DNA of 64,000 bases from an uncultured Gemmatimonadaceae bacterium (GTDB taxonomy: Bacteria; Gemmatimonadota; Gemmatimonadetes; Gemmatimonadales; Gemmatimonadaceae): NCBI GenBank assembly GCA_963843845.1, contig CAWJMB010000005.1, forward strand, positions 1 through 64,000, given 5' to 3'. The position numbers were made by a program, and so were the translations under genes. Positions 1 through 9,390 of the stretch are shown one piece after another (position 1 is the first letter of the stretch; every line of letters begins with the position of its first letter). Below the pieces are notes generated by a model, which was given only the letters and a program-made list of their open reading frames with translations, was not told the DNA's origin and did no database searches.

Positions 1-302
1 GCCGCCGCCGATTTTAGGAACGCGTTCTCCTGCTGCAAGCGCGCGTTCTCGCCCCGCAGCCGCCGGAGCTCCTCCTCCTCGCTCGGCAGCCGCCCGTGGC
101 CGGGGAACACGTCCGCCGGCGGCGCCCCGTCACGCGCCGCGGCCTGCCGCCGCCACGACCGCAGCAGGTCGTCGGTCAGCCCCAGCTCGCGCGCCACCTG
201 CGTCAGCGGCACCCCGGCCGCCCGCCGCTCCTCGGCCCGGCGTACCGCCTCCACCTTGAACTCGGCGGTGAAGTGCCGCCGCTCGCGCTGCTCCTTCGCC
301 AT
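1..302 (-). CDS. IS3-family transposase OrfA (HTH), truncated by the window edge
   Basis: Manual translation, absent from the ORF track: MAKEQRERRHFTAEFKVEAVRRAEE...TQVARELGLTDDLLRSWRRQ...EEELRRLRGENARLQQENAFLKSAAA. This is the OrfA HTH plus leucine-zipper pattern. Confidence 0.9.
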   Translation of the reverse strand, partial: MAKEQRERRHFTAEFKVEAVRRAEERRAAGVPLTQVARELGLTDDLLRSWRRQAAARDGAPPADVFPGHGRLPSEEEELRRLRGENARLQQENAFLKSAA

Positions 303-368
303 CGAACACCTCCGTCCCCGAACCATAGCCGGGGCTACGTTGGCGTCCGTCAAAGCGACTCAGGTCCA
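1..368 (-). mobile_element. IS3-family insertion sequence, left end (continues off the window)
   Basis: Minus strand begins TGGACCTGAGTCGCTTTGACGGACGCC (TG-initiated, IR-like end at ~368) just upstream of an IS3 OrfA reading frame. Confidence 0.85.
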
Positions 369-503
369 CACATGACGAAAGTATCATTCAGACACTGCTT
401 GACATACTGAACCGAGGATGCAACAACGGCGCGCCGCTACGGGATCGTAGTGGTCGTGGGCATGCCGATGCATGCCGTCACAGGTCTTTATAAGGAGATC
501 GTG

Positions 504-752
504 ATGAAGAGCCCACTCTTGGCAGTGACGAAGGCGGTTGTTCTCCTCGGTTCGATGACTGGGCTGCGCACGAATACGGCGCAAGCCGTCACGTCGGACC
601 CCGGCTGTACGACACCGAACGCCGAGCAGATTGCGTCACACTGCAGGGCGGTAGCACCATCGGGGTGCACGTACACTGGCGGGAGCGGGAGCTCTTACAC
701 AGACCGCGACGGTGTCTGTCACGTCGACATCTCGTGCAACTACAACTGCTAG
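504..752 (+). CDS. Small secreted six-cysteine peptide (82 aa), candidate RiPP/bacteriocin precursor
   Basis: AAGGAG RBS at 492-497, ATG at 504. Signal-like N-terminus ending AQA. Mature part VTSDPGC...CNYNC has 6 Cys and ends in Cys. Confidence 0.75.
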   Translation: MKSPLLAVTKAVVLLGSMTGLRTNTAQAVTSDPGCTTPNAEQIASHCRAVAPSGCTYTGGSGSSYTDRDGVCHVDISCNYNC

Positions 753-1027
753 GTCGTGTACGGCACTAGACGGCGTGCTGTCGTCGCCGCTAGTGCTCGT
801 GAGCGTGCGATGGTTTAGCGAATCCCACCGGGGTGCCTAAACCATCGTGTCACCCGACCCGATGCCGCAGAAGATCTCGGCTCCGACAACGCACACGTGT
901 CCCGGCTCGCGCGACCGTGCCGATAGCCGCCGCGCGGCCGAGTCGACGCCGATCGTCGCCACCTGGGCAAGGTCGACGAAACCGAGTGCGAGGGGTTCCT
1001 CCTTCCTAACGTCATCCCGAAGCCTCT

Positions 1028-1696
1028 ATGCGGACACCGACGATAGCGAATATGATGAACGGCACGTTCGCTCTCTGCGCTCTAGCGATCGCAGGCATGA
1101 TGGCGCGCCGGGAGTTCTTCCCGGCGTCTCCCGCCGTCGCGGACAGCCCGAAGGTGCAGATCGCGAACTGGAGAGAGTATAGGAAGGGGCACGCCGTCGG
1201 CGCGCCCGCGGGCCGCGTCAGCCTGGTCGTCTTTTCCGATTACGAGTGCCCGGCATGCCGAAAGCTGGCATTTCGGTTGGATACGATACAAGCGCGGTTC
1301 CCGAACCAGCTGACCATCTACTATCGCAATTTTCCGCTGCCGTATCATCGCAAGGCGCGTGTCGCCGCCTTCGCAGCCGAGTGCGCGGCGCGCGAGGGCG
1401 CGTTCGAGCGAGCCCACGCGCTGCTGTTCGCCGACGTAGACTCGATCGGCGTGCGTTCTTGGGCACGGTTCGCAGCCCTCTCCGGCGTCGCCGACACTCT
1501 GCGTTTCAGCCGGTGCGTGCAGGACAGTCTCCCAGCGGCCGTGGTCGCGACGGATCAAGCCGACGCGGGTCGACTGAATCTACAAGTTACGCCGACCCTT
1601 CTGCTGGACAGCCTGATGCTGCGCGGTCTACCTTCGGCGACCGAGCTCGAAGCGCTGATCCAGCGCTCCGCCGAAACGAAGACATCCATGCGCTAG
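1028..1696 (+). CDS. DsbA/thioredoxin-family disulfide oxidoreductase
   Basis: FSDYECPAC CxxC motif, YRNFPL, cis-Pro-like VTPT, N-terminal hydrophobic anchor. Confidence 0.9.
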   Translation: MRTPTIANMMNGTFALCALAIAGMMARREFFPASPAVADSPKVQIANWREYRKGHAVGAPAGRVSLVVFSDYECPACRKLAFRLDTIQARFPNQLTIYYRNFPLPYHRKARVAAFAAECAAREGAFERAHALLFADVDSIGVRSWARFAALSGVADTLRFSRCVQDSLPAAVVATDQADAGRLNLQVTPTLLLDSLMLRGLPSATELEALIQRSAETKTSMR

Positions 1697-1708
1697 GGTG
1701 ATCCATCA

Positions 1709-3052
1709 ATGAAGTCTGCTCACGTGTCTCACATCTACTTGTGCCTCCTCGGACTCACCGGCTCGTCCGCGACCGCCGTTTCTCAATCGACAGTACCAGT
1801 CCGACCGCTCGAGGCCGCTGAGGCGGAATCGCGTCCGGGCGTCGTGGCCTCGATTTCGGGTCTGCGTGCGGTGTCCTCGCGCGCGGTGTTCGTCAACGAT
1901 CGCGTGCGGCGCCGCGTCGTCATGCTCGACGAGCGGCTCGAGGTCGTGAAGATCGTTGCGGACACGTCGACGTCCACCGGCCGGCGATACGGTCCATACG
2001 CTACTGGACTCTTCGCGGCGCGCGGCGACTCGACACTATTTCTCAACGGTTCAACTCTGTCCATGCACCTGATCGACTCACACGGTGAGGTCAGACGTGT
2101 GATCGCCCCCCCGCGGCCGAGTGACTTCGGGCGGTTGATCGGCGGTGAGGCGGGAAATCCGGGGTTCGATGATTCTGGCCGTCTAGTGTACCGATTAGCT
2201 GGCATCGGACCGGCCGAGCAGGTCAGGCTCGGGGCACTTGGTAGAGCCGCACCGCCAGAGTCTGCGGCCGTCGTCCGGTTCGACTTCACGGCCCGGCGTG
2301 TCGACACGGCGGCGTTCGTCCGCGTCTACACACCGCGCATCGTCCAGGTGGTCCGAAAGTCTCCGGGGAGCAATGGCGGCGAGACGACCCGCGTGTGGGA
2401 AGTGCCGGTCTTGCATCCCGCTCCCACCGTGGACGACTGGGCAGTCACGGCGGATGGCCGCATCGCGGTCGTTCGGGGACTCGACTACCACGTCGACTTC
2501 TTCGACCGAGACGGGCGTGTCACGTCCGGCCCCAAGGTCCCTTTCGCCTGGACGCGTCTGACTGACGCGAACAAGCAGGCCCTGCTCGACTCGAGCAAGG
2601 CGACCCGAACGCGACTCGTCACGGGGGGTGCTGCACCGGCCTACGGCGTTGCGCCGCTCCCGGGTTCGGTATCGGCCGACGGCCCGCCCGTCACGGTGAC
2701 GAGAACTGTCGGCGCCACGACGCCGGCGGTGAGTCGCGCACCCGATGCACCGCCCGACGATCAGTACGTGAGTTCGGACGAGGTACCAGATTATCAGCCG
2801 GTATTCGCGGCGGGAGGGGTGCGGGCCGACGCCGACGGAAACGTGTGGGTTCGCACGGTGTCGTCCGCAGGAAGTGGTGGATCAGTCTATGACGTTCTCG
2901 ACGAACGGGGGCGCCTGGTCGATCGTGTCCGGTTTCCTCCGGGCAGCGTCATCGCCGGCTTCGCCCCGGGCGGAGTAGTGTTTTTCGCGCAACGGTCCTC
3001 AAGCGGTCTCGTGCTGAAGCGCGTGCGCCATCGCTTACCCGCGTCGCGGTAG
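1709..3052 (+). CDS. Secreted probable 6-bladed beta-propeller protein
   Basis: Signal peptide. Blade-like repeats (DDWAVTADGRIAVV, DADGNVWVR, YDVLDERGRLV). Confidence 0.65.
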   Translation: MKSAHVSHIYLCLLGLTGSSATAVSQSTVPVRPLEAAEAESRPGVVASISGLRAVSSRAVFVNDRVRRRVVMLDERLEVVKIVADTSTSTGRRYGPYATGLFAARGDSTLFLNGSTLSMHLIDSHGEVRRVIAPPRPSDFGRLIGGEAGNPGFDDSGRLVYRLAGIGPAEQVRLGALGRAAPPESAAVVRFDFTARRVDTAAFVRVYTPRIVQVVRKSPGSNGGETTRVWEVPVLHPAPTVDDWAVTADGRIAVVRGLDYHVDFFDRDGRVTSGPKVPFAWTRLTDANKQALLDSSKATRTRLVTGGAAPAYGVAPLPGSVSADGPPVTVTRTVGATTPAVSRAPDAPPDDQYVSSDEVPDYQPVFAAGGVRADADGNVWVRTVSSAGSGGSVYDVLDERGRLVDRVRFPPGSVIAGFAPGGVVFFAQRSSSGLVLKRVRHRLPASR

Positions 3053-3086
3053 GACGCGGCGCTCCGCGTAGCTCTCCGGTCCATCG

Positions 3087-4073
3087 ATGCGTGCGACCTC
3101 CGGCGAAGCGCAGTCCGTAATGACACCTTCTATGCGGCCGCGTGAGCAGGCGGACACGCGTCTAACTTGGCGCGAACTCGGCGAAGTTTTGCAGCAGGTC
3201 GGTGCGCTCGTCGATCAAAATCCCCGGGATACGAGCTTTATGCGCAGGAGAGCCGTTTCAGGCGGCGCTCGAGTGGAGCTCTTACCGGATGCCTGGTGTC
3301 GATGGTACACCGCGTCGCCCTACATCGTGTGTGCCATCGTTCACGGAGAGGATCCGCTGTTTTTCCGCCATCGTGGCTTCTGGTGGATCGAGCTCCGGAG
3401 GCAGGTGCGGCGTGCGTGGACGACCCGGACGGCGGTGCGAGGGGTGAGCACGATCACGCAACAATTGGCACGCAACCTCTTTCTTCAGCCGGAGCGATCG
3501 CTTCGAAGAAAGATACAAGAGGCGCTGATCACGGCGCAGATCGAGAGTTCGCTCAGTAAGCCTCGCATACTGGAATTGTACATGAACGTCGTCGAGCTCG
3601 GCGTCGACGTATGGGGCGTCGAGGCTGCTGCGACTCACTATTTCGGACGCCCGGTCGACCAGCTCGGTCCGTTCGCGGCGGTGTTTCTCACCAGTCTGTT
3701 ACCAGCTCCCCGCGCGGCTCTGAGAGATGCGAACGCGCGTCGGGCGATTCGCGCACAGCGGCGACTTACGTCGCTGCTATACGGTAGCGGTGTCATCGGT
3801 CATACGTCGGAAAAGCAGACATACGGGTACATCGACGAGCTGGAGACGATCGTGTCGAGCGGTGGCGACATCACGAACTTTCTCCGAGCGGCGGCGGGCG
3901 ACGATGGTCGTGGGTGCGGGCGCGATGACGTGCCGTGGCCCGCCACGTCAGCACTCATCCGTTCTGAGTGCGGCCTCGCCCAGCGAACGCAATACGAGCA
4001 GTTTCTCCGATCCGCGAGTTCGTACATACGTGGAATCAGAGCGTGGCCCGAATGGTGGTCCGCCGCGAGTTAG
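3087..4073 (+). CDS. GT51 peptidoglycan transglycosylase-domain protein (MtgA-like), no membrane anchor; start uncertain
   Basis: Motifs EDPLFFRHRG, GVSTITQQLARNLF, RKIQE, KPRILELYMN. Confidence 0.9.
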   Translation: MRATSGEAQSVMTPSMRPREQADTRLTWRELGEVLQQVGALVDQNPRDTSFMRRRAVSGGARVELLPDAWCRWYTASPYIVCAIVHGEDPLFFRHRGFWWIELRRQVRRAWTTRTAVRGVSTITQQLARNLFLQPERSLRRKIQEALITAQIESSLSKPRILELYMNVVELGVDVWGVEAAATHYFGRPVDQLGPFAAVFLTSLLPAPRAALRDANARRAIRAQRRLTSLLYGSGVIGHTSEKQTYGYIDELETIVSSGGDITNFLRAAAGDDGRGCGRDDVPWPATSALIRSECGLAQRTQYEQFLRSASSYIRGIRAWPEWWSAAS

Positions 4074-4181
4074 CGTGCGGTTCGGGTTCAGAGCGGCGTG
4101 GGTGCCTTCAGCGTTTGCCAGCGCTCCGCGACCAGGTGAGGGCGTCTCCGTCATTCTCGCAGTAGCCCTGGTGACTCCTCG

Positions 4182-5924
4182 ATGATTTGGTCGGCGGTGA
4201 GGGACGTCCGACGCATCGCGCGCCGCATACAAGCGCGTCGCGCCGGCGACACGCGCGTCTGTCTCGCGATCCACGACGGCTTCGGACACTTCGACAGCGT
4301 CAGACAGATAGCGGCCGACATATCGGCCGCGCTCGAACGATCGTATAAAGTAGTCCCGTACGACGTACATATTCATCGTCTAGCGGACGAAGAAGCGCGC
4401 CGACGCGCGACCGCAGCGGTCGCCGAGTGCGACGTGATCGTCGGATTCGGTAGTTTGCTGCTACCGCTGGTCAGAGCGCGCCAGGAACAGGGTCGCGACA
4501 TCTGTTGCGTTGTACTCGCCCTCGGCACCTTTCCGCGTGGCGCTCTTCAAGTCAGATCGCTGCTCCCATATTTGAGGGCGGACGATCACTTCATCGTCAG
4601 CTGCGCGGCCGACGAGGCGCTGGCCAAAGTGTTCCTCCCGACTGTCTCGGTGACGTGTCTCCCGTTCGCTTATGATGGTGCCACCTTCCGACCCCTGTCG
4701 GTCGAATGCCGTTCACGCGCGCGAAGCGAATGGGGGTTGACACCCGACAGTCAGTTGCTCCTGTACGCTGGACGCATCTCCGTGGAAAAGAACGTCCACA
4801 CCGTGCTGCGGACGTTCGCTGCGCTCTGGTCGCGACTTTCAGATCCCTACCTGTTCTTGGCCGGCCCGATCGACGACGCACCGTTCAGCGAGTTCGGCGT
4901 CGTACCGCTCTCGTACGCGCACGCGCTGCGACGCGCGATCCCCCGTCTGGGTATCCCGGAGCACCGTGTACGATGGCTGGGCAAGGTCGCACGAGACGCA
5001 CTTTGTGTTCTTTACGGCGCGGCTGACGTCGTCGTGAACCTCACGCTTCATCACGACGAGAATTTCGGCCTCGGTCAGATCGAGGCCATGGCGTGTGGTA
5101 CGCCGGTCGTAGGCACAGCATGGGGTGGACTCCACGACACCCTACGAACTCGTTCCAGCGGATCCACGGTACGCACCGTCGTCACTCCGCTCGGCGTCAA
5201 AGTCGACTGGTGGGAGGCTGCGAACGCGGTCTACGACGTCGTGTCGTCTCCGAGCGAAGCGCGTCCGCGAGTGGACGACCACGATTTTCCGAAGGCGCAG
5301 TACGAGTTCGCGGAGTTCGCACGACGGCTCGTAGCGACCGTCGACGGTGTGGCTCGTCGGCAACGGTCGCATGCTCCGCTCGAGTCGAGTCGCTTCGCCA
5401 ACGACTTTTGGGTCACGTGCGCGGTGCCGGGCCGGGCGTTCGCGCGCTACACGTTCGGCACCGAGTCGTTCGCTCTCTACCGCGAGCTAATCTCTCATTA
5501 CGCCGGTCCGACCGAGGAATCCGCGCCCGCCGTTGATTCGATGGCAGATGCAGATGTGCTCGTGTTGTCGACGCCACTTCATATGTCGCCCGCGGGTTTC
5601 ATCGACGTGGAGGATCCCCTCTACCCCACCGGAGTAGCTGTCCCTGCGGGGCATCCGGAGGCGGTACGACAGTTGATCAGAATATTGAAGCGTAATCCCA
5701 CGATCACGGTAGGCACGATCCGTCACAGATGGACGCTCTCCGATCGGCTTCTTCAGGACGGGCTCGAGTGGATGCTCTCTCAGGGGTTACTCATGGTCTC
5801 GCGAACGTCGCGTGCGCGACTCTCCCCGGACGACGTGCCGGAGCGCCTCGGATCCGCGAGTTTCGCGATTCAAACAGTCGACCGAGACACGTCCGACTTC
5901 CTCGCCCTTCGGAATGGGAACTGA
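4182..5924 (+). CDS. GT4 (GT-B) glycosyltransferase with C-terminal winged-helix/RRE-like extension
   Basis: LLYAGRISVEKN and ENFGLGQIEAMACGTPVV (E-x7-E). About 190 extra C-terminal residues. Confidence 0.85.
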   Translation: MIWSAVRDVRRIARRIQARRAGDTRVCLAIHDGFGHFDSVRQIAADISAALERSYKVVPYDVHIHRLADEEARRRATAAVAECDVIVGFGSLLLPLVRARQEQGRDICCVVLALGTFPRGALQVRSLLPYLRADDHFIVSCAADEALAKVFLPTVSVTCLPFAYDGATFRPLSVECRSRARSEWGLTPDSQLLLYAGRISVEKNVHTVLRTFAALWSRLSDPYLFLAGPIDDAPFSEFGVVPLSYAHALRRAIPRLGIPEHRVRWLGKVARDALCVLYGAADVVVNLTLHHDENFGLGQIEAMACGTPVVGTAWGGLHDTLRTRSSGSTVRTVVTPLGVKVDWWEAANAVYDVVSSPSEARPRVDDHDFPKAQYEFAEFARRLVATVDGVARRQRSHAPLESSRFANDFWVTCAVPGRAFARYTFGTESFALYRELISHYAGPTEESAPAVDSMADADVLVLSTPLHMSPAGFIDVEDPLYPTGVAVPAGHPEAVRQLIRILKRNPTITVGTIRHRWTLSDRLLQDGLEWMLSQGLLMVSRTSRARLSPDDVPERLGSASFAIQTVDRDTSDFLALRNGN

Positions 5925-5928
5925 CCAG

Positions 5929-6441
5929 ATGAGCTCTTGGCCGATCGAGGAGGATGCGGCGCTGAATGACTATTACGGCAAACATGAGCTCGGCGACAAC
6001 GGTCTGCCGACCCGTGGATGGCTACAGGTCAACCTCGTTTCAGTCGCTCTCCCGTACCGTATGACGCCCGTTTGGGCGCCCCACGAAGATGTGTGCCGGG
6101 TGTGGTGCCACCGTCTGGTCGCGCAGAGCTTGCTACGAGTACTAGAGGGAATCGTCAAACATTATGGATCAGAGCATCACATTCGGTCAGCCAAGATGCA
6201 TCTCTACGGCGGTATCTATAATTATCGTCGGATCGCCGAGTCGCGGCGTCTCAGTCTGCATGCGTACGGAGCTGCAATTGATCTTGATCCCGAGAGTAAC
6301 TCACTCGGTGTGCCATGGCGCGCGGGATCCGGCATGATGCCGGAAACTGTCATCGCGCTATTCGAGGCGGAGGGCTGGAAATGGGGTGGGCGATTCCACT
6401 CGAGGCCAGACTGTATGCATTTCCAAGCCACGGCTTGGTGA
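5929..6441 (+). CDS. M15-family Zn metallopeptidase (D,D- or L-Ala-D-Glu peptidase-like)
   Basis: YNYR...SLHAYGAAIDL (SxHxxGxAxD) and WGGRF...DCMHFQ. ATG 4 nt after the GT4 stop. Confidence 0.88.
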   Translation: MSSWPIEEDAALNDYYGKHELGDNGLPTRGWLQVNLVSVALPYRMTPVWAPHEDVCRVWCHRLVAQSLLRVLEGIVKHYGSEHHIRSAKMHLYGGIYNYRRIAESRRLSLHAYGAAIDLDPESNSLGVPWRAGSGMMPETVIALFEAEGWKWGGRFHSRPDCMHFQATAW

Positions 6442-6534
6442 CTCGTCCGACCGTCCTCGGACGTCGCCTCCGTCAGTGTCGAGGCGACAAGGACCGTTCA
6501 CCGACTTCATCGTCAACCTTCTGCCTCGACATCC

Positions 6535-7152
6535 ATGACATGGCGTAGTTTCTGGGGCGACGATCGCGTCTATGCTGAGTCCACGTTCACAAAGTCACGT
6601 CCGGACTGCCCGCATCCCGAGCGATGGCATGCGGTCGACGACCAGAGTACCGAGCTGGAAGCGACCGCACTCGTCGCGGCGATGGTGACGGCTCTTCAAC
6701 CGGACTTTGTGGTCGAGACCGGAACCTGCATCGGCCGGACTACCGCCGCCATCGGCACAGCGCTGAAGTTGAATGGACAGGGCAACTTGGTCTCTCTCGA
6801 AGTCGATCCACAGAAGATCGCAGCGGCACGATCGCGGTGTCGAAGACTCCCAGTCGACATTCTTCACATGTCGAGTATGGATTATACGCCAGACCGCCCG
6901 ATCGACTTCGCGTTCTTCGACAGTTTAGCTCGGCTGCGACATCAGGAGTTCGAGAGATACTTTCCGTGGATGCACAACCGCACCGTGGTCGGCTTCCACG
7001 ACACTGGACCGCACCATCCCGTACGCAGCAGCCTCCTCCCGCTAGAGGAGGATGGGTTGTTGATCTCACCCCTGTACTTACCGACACCCCGGGGAATCAT
7101 GTTCGCACGTGTCGGCACAAGTCGCAGCGTGACCGACTTCGGAGAATCATGA
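6535..7152 (+). CDS. Class I SAM-dependent methyltransferase (Methyltransf_24-like)
   Basis: VVETGTCIGRTT motif I, SLEVD, IDFAFFDS, VGFHDT. Confidence 0.8.
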   Translation: MTWRSFWGDDRVYAESTFTKSRPDCPHPERWHAVDDQSTELEATALVAAMVTALQPDFVVETGTCIGRTTAAIGTALKLNGQGNLVSLEVDPQKIAAARSRCRRLPVDILHMSSMDYTPDRPIDFAFFDSLARLRHQEFERYFPWMHNRTVVGFHDTGPHHPVRSSLLPLEEDGLLISPLYLPTPRGIMFARVGTSRSVTDFGES

Positions 7153-7390
7153 TGATGATGATGCGTCGTGAGCCACGCGGCGCGGTCAGTACTCCGCACC
7201 TCGTCTAGGTCTCCCACGGTCGCGCGCTGGCGGCTCGGCGCTCTTGCGGCGACAGACGTATCCGCTCCGCCCACTCCGCGCCGTAGAGCCCCTCGACGTC
7301 CGCCGACGTGATGCCGCTCGGCGGATACTCGAACGCCGGCGGACGTGTGGGTGATGTGGACGTGCGAACAACATGATGCGGTACGGACGC

Positions 7391-9364
7391 CTAACGCACC
7401 GCCCGCGCCCTGCGCAGCATCCACCCGTACAGCCACACGATCGCGCCGACGAAGCCGAGCACGCCGAGCCACGGCGCGAGCGCGAAGTCTCTCGGCGACG
7501 AGGCCGATCGGCGCGTCCTTCGACGAGGCGCGACGATCAGCCCCGCGTTGAGCACGCCCCACAGGCTCTCGCCGACGATCAGCCCCGACGCCACGAGCGT
7601 GCCCAGCCGCTCGGCGCGCTCCGGGTTCGGCATCGTGCGCGCCGCGCCTGTCGTACCAGTGCGACGATGAACGCGCCGACGATCGACGGCGAACGTCGCC
7701 GACATCGGCAGGTAGATGCCGATGCCCGACGGCGAGCGGCGGGATGCGCAGCTTCTTCAGCGCGCCGAGCGTCGCGTCGAGCAGCGATGAGCCCGACGCC
7801 GACGAGCGCGCCGATGCCGATCATCTTCCACTCGAGGCTGCCCGCCGATCACGCCCTGCGCGAGCGCCGAGATGAGCGTCGCCTGCGGCGCGGGGAGCGG
7901 GTTCGGCGCGACGACGCCGACGTTCGGCGCGCCGGCGAAGCCGTACGCCTTCGCGAGCAGGTTGAGCACGAGCGGGATCACCGCCGCGCCGGCCGCGACG
8001 CCGACGATCAGCGCGATCTGCTGCCGCATCGGCGACGCGCCGACGAGCTGGCCGGTCTTCAGGTCCTGCAGGTTGTCGTTCGAGATCGTCGCGCAGGCGA
8101 ACACGATCGCCGTGACGAACAGCGCGAACGCGACGAGCGCCGGGCGCGTTGTCCGGCGTCGGCGCCACGGCGAGCGACGACGAGCGAGGCGCAGATGCAC
8201 GATCGACAGGATGCCGACGCCGGAGATCGGGCTGTTCGACGCGCCGATGAGCCCCGCCATGTAGCCGCACACGCCGGCGATGAGGAAGCCGACGAGCAGC
8301 ACGAACGGCACGGCGATCAGCGTGAGCGTCACGCGCGTTCGCGCGCGAGCGCCGTGCCGACTGCGCGAAGCGTGAAGGCGAGCCACGCCGCGATGACGAG
8401 GCACACCGCCGTCAGCGCGAGGATCCACGCCGGCGAGAGATCGCGGTCGCGCTCGTCGCGTCGTCGCCGACGGCGCGCGACGCGGCGAGCGTGCTCACGA
8501 GTCCGCCGACGACCGGCTTCGCCAGCCTCGCGAGCGTGTAGATCGCCGCGACGGCGATCGCGCCGGCGCCGATGAAGCGCACCTGCGTGCGCCAGATCGC
8601 CCATCGTGTGCGCGGCGAGCGTCACGCCGTCGGCGATCGGCTGCATCGACGTGAGGATCGGCACCGCGATCACCCACGCGATGATCAGCCCGACGAGCAT
8701 CGCCATGCCGACCGACAGCCCGACGAGGTGGCCGGCGCCGAGCAGCGCGAGCGACCACGCGATGTTGTAGCCGCTCGACGCCGCCGCCGCCGAGCCGGAA
8801 CGACGCCCGCCACCTCCGCCGCCGACGATGCGCGTCGCGCCGAGGATCGCGAGCCCCGCCGACGCGACCGAGCCGAGGACCACGGCGCGTGAGCCCTTCG
8901 CGCGCTTCGCCCGTCTCGTCCTTCGTCTCGCCGCGCGCGCCCGAGCCGACCTTCAGCACTTCGGCCGCCGCGACGCCTTCGGGATACGGCAGGTCGGACG
9001 TCGTCACGAGCGCGCGGCGCAGCGGGATCGTGAACAGCACGCCGAGCACGCCGCCGCTCAGGCAGATGAGGAACGACTGCCAGAAGGGGAACCCCGTCCA
9101 CCAGCCGACGATCACGAGCCCCGGCAGCACGAAGATGATCGCCGAGAGCGTGCCGGCCGCGGAGGCGACCGTCTGCACGATGTTGTTCTCGAGGATCGAC
9201 GAGTCCTTGACCGCGCTGAGGATCGCCATCGAGATCACCGCGGCGGGGATCGACGAGGCGAAGGTGAGGCCGACCTTGAGGCCGAGGTAGACGTTCGCGG
9301 CGGTGAAGACGATCGTGAGGAGCGCGCCGAGGACCAGGCCGCGGAGGGTGAGTTCTTTCTGCAT
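7391..9364 (-). CDS. OPT-family oligopeptide transporter (several apparent frameshifts)
   Basis: ELTLRGLVLG, NVYLGLKVG, ENNIVQTVASAAG, PYPEG, SNDNLQDLKTG, ASGLIVGESL spread over several frames. Confidence 0.85.
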
Positions 9365-9390
9365 CGGAGGATAGGAGGAAGCGCTCCCCG

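Noticed and set aside
1..30. IS3 -1 frameshift signal at the OrfA end
   Set aside because: Sequence reads CTAAAATCG, not A6G, and the junction runs off the window, so it cannot be judged.
7149..7163. (ATG)n run after the methyltransferase as the start of a poly-Met or poly-His ORF
   Set aside because: Short microsatellite with no credible downstream reading frame.
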